Source: Paramecium tetraurelia (taxonomy: Eukaryota). Taken from it: a stretch of DNA of 64,000 bases. Positions 13,609 to 25,158 of the stretch are shown one piece after another. How positions within the stretch are numbered: position 1 is the stretch's first letter; every line of letters starts with the position of its first letter. Under the pieces are notes generated by a model. It was not told the DNA's origin. It did not search any database and saw only the letters and a list, made by a program, of their open reading frames with translations. The position numbers were made by a program, and so were the translations under genes. Location of the stretch: contig CT868319.1 in NCBI GenBank assembly GCA_000165425.1, positions 310,001 to 374,000 on the forward strand, read 5' to 3'.

Positions 13609-14939
13609 AGTTTATTCCATAGTTTTGTAATTTAATATAATGATATATTTATAATAAATATTGTAAACATAAAAGAAATTAACCACATTTCATGATTCTT
13701 CTTTTTAATCATCTTAACTTCGGATGAATATTTGAAATAATTTTATTCGCTCTTAAATCATTAATCGAATTTAACTAGATAGGTTTATAGTTTAGAATTA
13801 TATCTTAATTTGAGAATTTCTATTATTATCTAATCATTTTTTATTTCAATTTTTCTTTCATACAAAGCGGTGACTTTTTTTTTTCATCTTATCTAACATA
13901 GTTAGTTCACTTATTTTATAAATAATGTCGATTAATTTCTTTTTTCTTTTTTCTATATTCAACTCTTCTACAAGAAACCATTAAAATAATATTATTTTTC
14001 TCAACCATTCTAATACCCAAATTTGTTATAATTTTCTTTGTTTGAACAATGCCAAATTATAGTATTAGCTTTGCTTTGCTTTTTAGTGATTAGAATAGAA
14101 AATTATTTTTTATTTTAAGTAAATGTACTTATTAAATATTAAGAAACCAATACCAAATTAACTCAGTTAATATCCTTATAATTTCCAACAATTTACCCCG
14201 CCTTTCAACATGCACAGGTTGTTACAAATTATACTAGAAATTACTAGAATTAAGAATTAAATAGGTTCAGAAACAAATTTTAATTCAATTTTTTTTGAAG
14301 AGTAGTGTTTAGTTTTTAACAATTAGGAATTAAGATATAATTAACAATTACATTAAACTGAATAGTTTTCTGTATGCCATGGTTTAAATATAAAATTATA
14401 AATTTAGATATTTAAACAGGAAGATATGAAAAATAGTAGTTGGATTTGATAATAATTTCATATTATCATAGATGTTCATTAAAGTGTTTTCTCCATTTAG
14501 AATACAGATTGTGATTTTCATTATTATGAACTAGCTGAACTTCTGATTTTACAATTGCTACCAAATCTTCTATTCAAGTTGTTAACCTTCTTATTTTCTT
14601 TTTTTTTAATAAACATTGAAGATTATTTAATTTTTATTTTATATACATAACTTTTATTACACATCATGTTCATGTTTTCTTTTAAAAAATTTCATAGACT
14701 TCTTTCTACTATATGAAGTATTTAATGTACTTAAAATGCTTTAAGTAGTAACTAAATATAGAACTTCAAATAATCTTAAATTAATCCTAATACAATGTCT
14801 ATATCTTAAAACTATTGAAAGATTTGATTATTTACATACAAAGTGTATATATTTACTAACCATTCCTTATTAGGAAGTCAGTCTTAAATGTGAAAATCCT
14901 AATTTAATTTTCCTGTCCTCTGCAATCTTAGGAAGTGAT

Positions 14940-16545
14940 TATAAATTTGAATTTTTGTGTATTTTTTTTAATAATGTTCCAATCTTAACAATTGCTTAGA
15001 AAACTCTAGAGCATTTATTCAAAGCAAAATTGACTAAAAAGTCTCAAGTTATAAAATCTGAGTTCAAATTTGGAAGGTACATTTATTTCAAAGATAAAGC
15101 ATAATTAATTGATTCTAAACTTCCGACAACCGAGTTGGCCTCTCTAATACTAACTTGATTCTAAAATAATAATAAAAATAAAGGATAGAATAGTATAATA
15201 GTAGATAAGTTGTATATAAAAATAAAATGAATACTTTTGTAAAGAACTATCATGCTTAATGTAATCCATAATTGAGCTTTGGTTTCAATACCAAGCTTAA
15301 CTATTTTAATAAAAAATTATACTTTGAGATAAAGAAGATTTGCTAATACATAATATGAAATAACTTTGGATTCATTTCCTGAAAAATTATTTTTATTTTC
15401 AATCCAAAAAAAAATTCATATTTCAATAGTATTTTATACTCACTTGGATTGAAGTGAAATAAATTACAAAAAAGAAAAGAAATTATTATTTCTTTCTTCA
15501 TAAGTTGCAATCTAATCTCATAGAAATTTCAAAAAATTGATTAATATTAAATAAATTAGATGAACTATTAGTTAATTTTTTTAAGGTTTTCATTATTGAA
15601 GCAGAAGAGAAAGCTGCTATAATTACCTAAACTTAAAAATTAAATGTAAGGCTTTAAAATTTTAATGAAAAATGTCAATCATTTAATTACTTTGAGAGGA
15701 AATAATTGTGCTTATTGGGGAGAAATATACAATTTGAAGAAAATCTAAGTTAAGACACTTTCTTTTAAATTATTCCTAAAGATAATAAAAATATGCTAAG
15801 AAATTCAAGAAGCTATCAAATCGAATTTAAAAAATGATGACTATCAATCATTTTATCATTTAAGGAAGGTTATTAAAGAATTAAAAGAATAACTATTAAC
15901 AAATAAAACAATTTCAGGCCATTTAGGACTCTCAACAAATAAGTACAAATTTTCTTTAAAATAATTCAGAATAAATGGCTGATGCAACATTTTTTCAGAA
16001 TTCCAAGAAATCATATTAATTGGATTAAAAGATACATCTTAATGAATAGTAAGGTAAATTTGATAAATTTTAAATATATTTCAATGAATTTTTTGGAAAG
16101 ATTTTCGATTAATGAGAGTGCAGTATCAATTTCTTTCTTTGGAAACTTGTGAAATAATATGCTAAATGGTCATATAAGTTACCAATTAAACATAATATAA
16201 GAGTATCTAGTAGAAATGTTATTGAAAAACGATTTAATTAGGCATTGTTTTTCATTCACCCATTTATATCTTCATTGATGAAGCAAGTCTTGAAAAACTC
16301 TAAAAGGTCCAAAAATTTGGTAGCGACAAGATTCCCCAAAAATAGTAGATTATTACTAACCCACATCTACAATTAGAATATTAGGAGCTATAAGTTTAGA
16401 TGGGTTTTTTTAGCTTATTAGATATTGATACTGAATGTTATCGGGTAAGTAGATGCTCAACATTTAATCGATCTGTTTCAGAAAATTGGCCATCATTACT
16501 AAGAAATAGAGGATATAATATTTATTTTAGACAAATCTCAGAAAT
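14940..16545 (+). mobile_element. Decayed IS630/Tc1/mariner element with transposase remnant (~15590-16545)
   Basis: IFIDEASLEK (16268), then TIRILGAISLDG, then EDIIFILDK (~16530), with frameshifts. The third acidic-residue motif is missing. The upstream part is homologous to 7250-8050. Confidence 0.8.
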
Positions 16546-17269
16546 TTGTAGTATTCATTATTTATATTTTTCGATTGATTAATATTTAATTTCTCGATAA
16601 GTATAACTAAAGTATTTAAATCTTAAAAAGTAAATAGGAGAATTTAAAAAGACTTCATAAATAACGATTTACGATAGAAATCAAAAAAATTTGATTTCAT
16701 TTTAAGTTATTTTAGTTTAGGTATTTTAAGGGAAATTTCTAAAATAAAATAAAATATAATTATTTTCACTGCTTAATAGAAAATTATCTAAAATAATAGA
16801 ATTGTTTTAAATTCAAGTTCCTTATGGAATACTTTTTTAATATTTGATTTAGGTAAAAATAAAATAATAACTCTCATGTATCTTAAGTTGTGTTATGCCT
16901 AAAATTAGACTTTTAGTCATTGTTTGCTAATCTAATGTACTATTGAGTTTAAGAAGGAATTATTAATTGCTAAAGAAACAAAGCCTCGCTTAATTTTTAT
17001 AAAATCATTTTTTAGGTAATTAACTAACAAATATGATTAACAATATCTGTTAAGTTAATTTAAAAGCCTTCGAAAATGAAGTACGACAGAACTTTTTCTT
17101 TTATTTGATGTTGTAAGGGATGGATAATAGTGAATTTCTGTAAGATCGAATTACATTATTATTATTTTAAGAATAATAATGGGGTCTAATTGTTAAATTC
17201 TCACACGCTAAATATCATTATTATTTGATAAATTCTATAATGATATATCTATCTAGATGATTTTAGGTG

Positions 17270-17569
17270 ATTCCTTCTCAAGCTTCTTAAAGGTTGGGAA
17301 ATTTTCTTTGTAAACAATCGCAAAGGTGTGCATCTACTTCAATTCCTAACCACTGACTTTGTGGAAATATATTTGCAAATAAAGTTTTTGTTAAACATCC
17401 TTTGTTCCAGGGCCTAACTCTAATAGAAATCTTCTGACTCTAAAATAGGTTGGGTGACTTCTACCATGACTTTTGCTAGGCATATTGCAACAAGTTGGGC
17501 TGGATGTTCAATAAGCTTTTCAATGAAGAGAAAACATTCTTTCAGTGAGCCTGCAGAATGAGAAAGCAT
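17270..17569 (-). pseudogene. pmtA: Bacterial phospholipid N-methyltransferase (PmtA-like, class I SAM-dependent) fragment
   Basis: FLFIEKLIEHPAQLVAI..LAKVMVE, then LLELGPGT[+2 nt]GCLTKTL...WLGIEVDAHLCDCLQRKFP. This matches the alphaproteobacterial PmtA pattern. Two frameshifts; the C-terminus is missing. Confidence 0.8.
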
Positions 17570-17784
17570 TTTATATATAAAATTTTTGCATACAACTTTT
17601 TTTATTATATCCTTAAAAACAAATAATTTGAATTGTTCCCATGAATAAGATCTGGTTTGTAATAGATAATTAATCAAAAAAAGAATGATACCATTTATCG
17701 ACATCAGAGTAAAAAATATTCAAATATTAAAGTGCTAAACAATATTGGAAAGAGAGTGTAATTAAACATTTAAAATTAAGAAAG

Positions 17785-18515
17785 AAAAAACTGTTTTCAA
17801 ACTTTGTTAAATACATTTTTTATCCATTTAGCTATTGGATTATGGGCAAATTTTTATTTTTTTATTACTTGCAGCTGATTTTAATTTACGGCCATATCTT
17901 TTAAAAATTATTGTAGATAGCTGAACTGTTGTTCAGCTATCTACTTGCCTTAAAGAAATTTAGAATCCTTGTAATATCTATCTATTTTTAGCTGCATTTG
18001 GTTTTTGTATGTACTATTTATTTTTGGATAAAATTAAACCTGCATTAAAAATACATTTTGGATTTTGTCTTCGGAATAACTGATAGAACAGCCGCTTTCT
18101 ACATTTCGTGAACAGCTTATAAGTAATGTAGGAAACATAATAAAGGATGCTATGAGTGCTATCCCTGAAATGTTAACTTTGTGTGCAAGAATTTTGGACG
18201 CACTGCATTAGCCTGATAATAGCTATTCTTTTAGTATAGTTCATATAAATTTTCTATTTTTTTTTTAATTAAGTTGGGCTTTAACTTATTTATGGGGATC
18301 ATTTACGCTTTCGTTACGGGAAGAGTGTTATGTCAAGAAACGCGCAGTTCAATCTTATGTTATAGGACAATTTATAGATATTTTTTGAAATACTTTTGGT
18401 GTTAAATTATTTGCATCAGAAAAAAGTAATTTCATATATTAAAAAATCGCTTAAAACATCTTGTATTGTCAGAAAAATAGAGAGATTGGATTTTTTGAAA
18501 ATTGCAGCATTTGCC
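17785..18515 (+). pseudogene. Bacterial ABC exporter (MdlB-like) transmembrane-domain fragment
   Basis: PFSYWIMG..AADFNLRPYLLKIIVD, FREQLISNVGNIIKDAMSAIPEML, VIGQFIDIF.NTFGVKLFASEK, RDWIFLKIAAF. Frameshifts and stops present; no ATP-binding domain follows. Confidence 0.75.
17913..17944. repeat. Perfect 14-bp inverted repeat with a 4-nt loop
   Basis: gtagatagctgaac-tgtt-gttcagctatctac. Confidence 0.95.
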
Positions 18516-18539
18516 AAATTACCTTACAACACAACACGT

Positions 18540-18851
18540 TCAACAAAATTTTTGAACAATTTTTCGATTGGTTTAAAGGTTGTGTGAATTTTTCTTAAAG
18601 GCTGCAGTCAAGATTATCCAATAGGAATTATGATTCCATAACTGTGTTGCATGATTGAATATTTTAACAGCTTTTTGCTAATTTGAAAGTATAATTTCTT
18701 CAAGAGATTGACCTTGATAATCTGTGCCTTATATCAGGGTATTAAGAGCATTAACGTACCCTTTATGATGGGCACCATGATGATAAGAGAGTGTTTTGGC
18801 AGAAATATAAGGGGAAAGATCTTTATAAGGCAAGGATATAAGTTCAAACAT
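18540..18851 (-). pseudogene. sodB: Bacterial Fe superoxide dismutase, N-terminal half only
   Basis: [40 protein letters not shown](Q)GTDYQGQSLEEII...IFNHATQLWNHNSYW. The C-terminal DxWEHxYY domain is absent. The frame is open for 103 aa under code 6. Confidence 0.9.
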
Positions 18852-18955
18852 AAAATTTATTTAAAGGATGTTACCACTTCATTTTAATAAAGAATAAAAA
18901 ACTTCAATAGTCTTTTTTTACAATAAAAAGAGTTAGCAAATGGTGCTAAAAGATA

Positions 18956-19715
18956 CTAAAGCTCGGCCTCTTGAATCTTGGCGTGTACTTTTTGCCAGCG
19001 TTGATGAAGGCCATTTTATTTAAAAGGGTCTTGCTCTTCAGCGGGAAGCAAGCGGACCATTCCTGTTAAGCACCGTGTGTAGCGCTCAGTCTCTTTTGTG
19101 TAGTCTTTGTCATTGGTAGGGGTAACTTTTGCTGCAATTGCTTCTAACTTTTCTAATGTATGGTGAATGACAGCGCGAGTATGACGGGCTTCGCGTGGAT
19201 CTTGCTCTACAACAGGTTAAAAAAAAGAAGGGCAGTGTTCTTTTGCCACCATTTCTAGGTCTTTTGTGATTTTTTCGATATACTAATACACCTCTGCTTC
19301 CAAAATCTGATGCTTAATTTAGTTAGCTCAGCAGCATAATTAATATAACTGGGATCATGTTGATAAAGATGAACATACTTGTTATAAGTTGCGGTATTCA
19401 CATATGCATACGAATCAAAGAGTGCATGCATATATTTTAAATTATCTCCTTCACTTGTATCCATTTTTCTAAAAGTCTTTGACGATCTTTTGAAGTTGTG
19501 TCATAAGAAAAGAGGCCATTGTTAAAAGCACTTTTTAACGAAATCATTATTTCTCTAGAATTTTCAGCAGGATGGTTATCTTCTTCTATCTCCTCCGCTT
19601 GCGTTGAAAAAGATGCGTTAAGAAATTGTGGATCCATTTTAAAGCTGAAAAAAAAAAGTAAATGTTTAAATTAATTAATTAATATAATGACAAAAATTTT
19701 ACTCTTGTTTTTCAT
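18956..19715 (-). pseudogene. Bacterial-like orphan gene with a signal-peptide-like leader, frameshifted
   Basis: MKNKSKIFVIILIN(Q)FKHLLFFFSFKMDPQ joins ORFs 19437-19637 and 19255-19464 and a final block ending HQRWQKVHAKIQEAEL-TAG through small frameshifts. It is visibly more GC-rich than host DNA and uses CGC/CGG codons. Confidence 0.6.
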
Positions 19716-19745
19716 AAAAGCAATCTTAAAATCCATGCTTCTCAT

Positions 19746-20108
19746 TCATTTGACCCGAATTTTATAATGAGGTTTAAGCGTTAAAAATTTAGTATTTTTG
19801 CCCTGAGAGTTAGGGTCTTTGACCTGAAGGTTTTTGATAAAATCTAGAAAGCTCGTTAATGAGTGCATCTCCAGTCTTAACTTTTTGATGTTCAGTCTTG
19901 CATCTTCAAGATTATTAAACCAGTAGTGCTCGATGTTTTTCAACTGTGTTTGTATTTCCTTCAAATTATCTATATTCTCTTCACTTAGCGGAGAATAAAA
20001 CATTAATCTTCTAATAATAGTAAAAGATTTATTTAAAATTTATAGACAATATAGAATATCAAGCATCGTTAAAATAATATTTTTTCCGCTTATTTTTCTA
20101 TTGATCAT
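19746..20108 (-). pseudogene. Second bacterial-like orphan gene fragment
   Basis: 85-aa standard-code ORF in which Gln is encoded by CAA/CAG rather than TAA/TAG, unlike host genes. The 5' part is degenerate. Confidence 0.45.
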
Positions 20109-20265
20109 TAATTTGGTTGTTAAAACTCTTAAATTTAATTCAATATTTTTTAAATTAATTTTTTTCAGATAATCTGATATTTATTCATTAATTAAAATTT
20201 GAATAGTTAATTTATTATTTAAATGGGATATATATGTAAATTAAAATTTAATGATAAATCACTAC

Positions 20266-23200
20266 TCAACTTATTAAATTAGCAATCTTATTCTCTAATG
20301 TCTATATCCTTGATTCAAACAGATATTTTTTTATCTCATCAATAATTTCAACTTCTATCGCCAATAATAATTTGCTTGTTAGTATTTTCTTATTTCTGGA
20401 TTATAGATTAGACATTTAACTAAGACTGCATCTAAAAACTTAAATGATAGATTCTATCAAGAAAGTGCTAAAATATTTCTTCATTATCATGTATTTATTC
20501 AACTCTTGGTATAACTGTGAGCTAAATTTACTGTCCATATTATTGAGCATTCCTTTATTCTTCAAATGGTTAACCATTTCTCTCAAATAATGTTGATAAT
20601 CAAAATCTCCCAATTCCTTAATCAACTAGATTTGTTGATTCAATTAATCTACTTATGTTTTATGATTGTCAATCAACTAATGATATAATTATATTGATAC
20701 CTGTTATACTCTTTCTATATCATACACTTATGCAAATCTAGTTCCCTTAATTTAGTTAACTTAATACTCAATATTCTATATTTAATAATTTAACTTTTAA
20801 ATCATAACATTTTATTACTCAACTTTTTGTTTAAATTGATTAATAAACTCCATTTAAAGTATTATCTCTAGTGGTTCTGTGTATTCTTTAACATTTAGTT
20901 CTCTGCATAATTATTAAATGCTTGGTCTTATAGCTACTTAATAAAACTATCTATTTGAATGAGGATTTGATATCTATAGTTTCTTGCATGCATTTTGAAC
21001 CTGCTTATTATGAATACAAAAGTTCTACCTTATAATAGCCTATATAGTATTATTTGTAAAAATCTTTTTTACTTTTTATTGATCACATAATTTTTCATAA
21101 AAAAGGTCAAGGACTAATGTTTACTTTTAAATTTCTTCATCTTTTTTATAGATATCAATAATCAAGTCATAGAAATACATTAACTCATTATTAAGAGCTT
21201 ATTTATATTGGTTAAATTGCTAAATTTCATTTTTGACATTATTATTATACTTTTTATCACTCTCTCTCTGACAAATTTCAATTAAATCGCCTTTAATTTT
21301 TGTGATATCATAACCTTATTTGCTTTTGGCTATCTATAATTATATGTAATTTTATGCCATTTAACAAAAAATATTTTTAAACCCAACTACATTATATTTA
21401 GATTATTAGAAGCATAATTTAACCAAATCAAGAATCTGAGAGTATGTTTCTTAACTGATATTGTTTAAATTTACTTAATTACAAAGAACTTAATTTGCCA
21501 ATTCAAGTATCTAAGTGTTAGAATAAGCATTCTATGTAACATCAGATATTTGCCTCAATGTTTCATATTAGTTTGATATATTCACCTTTTCATTTTGAGT
21601 TAACCAAAAACATGACTTTTCCAATCCTTCAACTGTAACAGGTGGGATTTTGTTTATAAACTCAGTCATTTCAACTTTCTTAATTGATTTCATCTTAGAG
21701 CCTCCAAATATCAAAGCTTCCCTAATACAATCTGGTCCTGCCAAACCCAATGTTGTTGCAATTTTAATAACTTTATTTTATCCCCAAGCTCCCCAATCAA
21801 TAGCAATTCCTTACCATGCTGATTTGATTGCATAAACCATATCTGAAATTCCTTCTGCAATCAGAGTCCTAGCTAGAGGTAAGGCTGCTCCACAAGTAAA
21901 TACACACATAGCACAACCAATAACTAATTAGGCTGCTCCTAAAAAAAACATCAGAATTGAGTCAAAAATACTTTTCTTTTTTTTTATTTTATACAATCTC
22001 CCAAGTTTAGGCAATGGACCATCATCTACAACTTCTTATTAGTCTTTAATGTATTGTTCTGATTCTGCATTTTTTTCCTTACTTTCATTAATAACTGGTA
22101 TCCAACCTAATTCAAAATGTTCATCGCTAGCCAACTAGGTTTACAAAGTATTTAGGATTTGATCAATACTATCTATTGCTTTCTGGTACACTTTATTATG
22201 ATTTTTTATTTTTTATTCCAGAGCATCTAATTGTTCATTTTTTTAAATGTTTTGAGAGACTGATTTATTCTGGTTTTATGAATCACCTTATAGATCTAGC
22301 TTTGGCATTACTTTCTTATCATTTGAAATCTTTCTTTCTGATTATTACAAGTCTGGCTTTTATTATATTTATTAGGATGACTAAACTTACAATTTATTTA
22401 ATTTAGCAACTGTTAAAAAGCCTTAGTCATCATTAATTTTATCTTGAAAAAGTTGTCTGGCTTTTATAAATGTTTCTGCTCCTTCTTTGTAATTTGCCAT
22501 TTTTATTTATTAACATGCTTTGTAATATTCAGGAATAGGATCGTTAATCGCTATCTAAATTGCTTTTTCAAAAAGTTTTATATTTCCCTTATCGATTCCT
22601 TATTAAACTAAATACTTTGGATTTTAGGTTTCATCCGAATTTAGTTTTTCTTCAATATCGTCTTCATCCAATCCATCATCTTAATGTTCTTCCAAATATA
22701 GCCCCCATTTTTCTTCTAGGGCTCGAAAAGCAGGTTTGTCTGTTTTTATACATACTTACTTTTTAGCAATCTGACAAAACTTTTAAAAGCATTTATCTTC
22801 ATTCAATAACTTATTCATTCTCTCTTCAATTTCATTTGAATATTATTACTCATTTAAATCTCTAAAAAATAATAGAACGTCTATATATGTATAATTGATT
22901 GTCTAATTATATTGTTGATAATAACTTATTGCATCAGAAACAATTTTAATTTCTTTTATCTATCCAACATATAGATTTGAGGAGAAATGTACAATAAGTT
23001 AGGCTGTACCTTATTTACCTTGTCTTGCAGTTCTACCAAATCCTTAAAGTTAGATTCTGATATTTCGAGGTAAAAAGGACATGATAACATGAAGACCACC
23101 ATTCTTTTCTAATTCTTCATTAGTAGTTAAATCTGTTCCTCTTCCAGCCAAGTTTGTAGCAATAATAATTGTTTAAGGACCAATTTCCTTTTTTAATTCT

Positions 23201-25158
23201 TAATTATCATCAATATAAGTGATTGAGTTTATCTTTTGTTTTTTTAAATAATCCTCAATTTTATTTACATCATCGATAGTTTGATTGATAATTAATACAG
23301 CTCTCCCTTTTCTCATCTACAATTCAACTGCTTTTAATATCTCTTGAAACCATTCATCCTTAGTCAGAGTTGCAATACCAGTTTCCTCTTTTAATAGCCT
23401 TTTCTTATAAGGAGGCATGAAAGCAAAGTCAAGATTGTACTATTTAGCTAGCAAATCCTAAGTAACTTGTGAACCTAATGTGCCTGTAAGGCCTAAGAGT
23501 TTATTATTGTACCTCTTGAAGAATCCAACATTAGACATAAAGTTTGTACTAATTCTTAATGGAGTAATAGGAAGATTGTGCTTCAATTAAAGAAATTAAT
23601 GTAACCCTTTCTACCATTACATATCAACCTTATGAACTACACCTGTATTTTAGTAATCAATAATTCGAATTTAATTGTCAATAAGGTAATGTTTCTTTTC
23701 ATGTAAATGAAATTTAGCCTCTATAGCATTTTCAATCCAAATCTTTTTCATAAAATTGATATAATTCAATCGAAATCTCGGTAGATAGTTTTTTAAAACA
23801 TCCTGTATTTAAATGTTTAAGGTATTTTCTAGATATTCTTACAGATCAACACTATAATAATCCTATCCAACGATCATCATAACCTTCATATCAGTTGAAA
23901 GTTGTTTCTCTACTTTACAAATTTCATCCCAAATTAGTCCCAAAACTTTTGTTAAATCGAGCATTCCTGGATTAGAGGAACTTAATATTGTCTTATTACT
24001 ATTCCCGTCAATAAGCATAGAATCAACTTCATCAACTATAATGTATTCTTATTTCCTTTCTAACATAATTCCAGATTCTGAATATTCATGACTTAATATA
24101 TCACCTTAAAAGCTATGGGGATCTCCATAAATTACTTAGAAAGTATAACAAGAAACCCTTCTTTCATTCTATTCAATTGATTTATGTATGTTATGAGTTA
24201 CTGATACTTTGAATAATTCATAAAACTTCGCCAATTCTTAAGAATCTCTAATAGCCAAGACAGGAGAACTAGTTACAATATCCACATTTTAATTTTTCTT
24301 TTTACATAATAATATAGCAAGCATAGCTATTATTAAAGACTTACCTTCTCCAGTATATATCTAAGCTAACCTTCCCTTATCTTCATTATGATTATATAAT
24401 TCTAAAACTGATAACAGCTGAACTGGTCTTGGATAGAAGGAGAAATGCTCATATACTCTGGCACATAAAAGTAGCAAATCTCCTAATTGCAAATTAGGAG
24501 ATTTAGAAAAATCATCATTTTTTGAGTATGTTATTGGATATTTTTTAATAGAATTGTATATTTCCTAAAGTAAATCAAAATTTTATTTATTTAATCTCTT
24601 ATTTAAGGATTGAAATTCTTTTAAAAGTTCTTAAATTTAATCATACCATTCTGGGTTATTTCTATTAAGGGTTTAATTATTTTAATTGATGAAACATTAT
24701 TCGATATTCTTTTGTTTCGGATCTATCTTATATATAATTGACTAAAATTCTTGAATAGATTTAAAATCTTAACTTAAGGCATTATTGATAACTTCTTAAC
24801 TGAAATTTTTTTATTGGATATATTAGATTAATCTATTTGTTTACTAAGGAGACTTGATTTTTTATTGAATTTATATTTTGATGTTGGTCAACTGATTCAA
24901 TGATATCTAATTTATTAACTTTTATTATTCCAACTCTTCATAATTGGAAGTCTCCTTCTGAATAGATGATTATAATATTTCCCAATTCTGATTGCATCCC
25001 AGAAGATATGTTATGACTTTCTCTGCACTTTTCATCTTTTGTATTTGTTGTTGTAAAATTCCCTTTTTTTCTTCATCAAACATCAATTAAATTAAAATAG
25101 ATTGGATAGTTTCATTTTCTTGAGCAGACCAATTTTTATTTTCAATCAGTCCTTTCAT
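20266..25158 (-). CDS. SecA-like DEAD-type ATPase (~1630 aa, apparently intronless)
   Basis: [104 protein letters not shown] to TGA spans 4893 nt. The start is chosen as the first in-frame ATG. Confidence 0.9.

Noticed and set aside
13700..14900. Possible further transposon ORF, such as a tyrosine recombinase
   Set aside because: No catalytic motif could be recognised by eye.
16600..17260. Extension of the bacterial island to the left
   Set aside because: AT-rich with no recognisable bacterial motif, so its origin is undetermined.
17270..20108. Simple bacterial contamination
   Set aside because: Disfavoured because every gene is truncated or frameshifted and carries stops. It is not excluded without junction-spanning reads.
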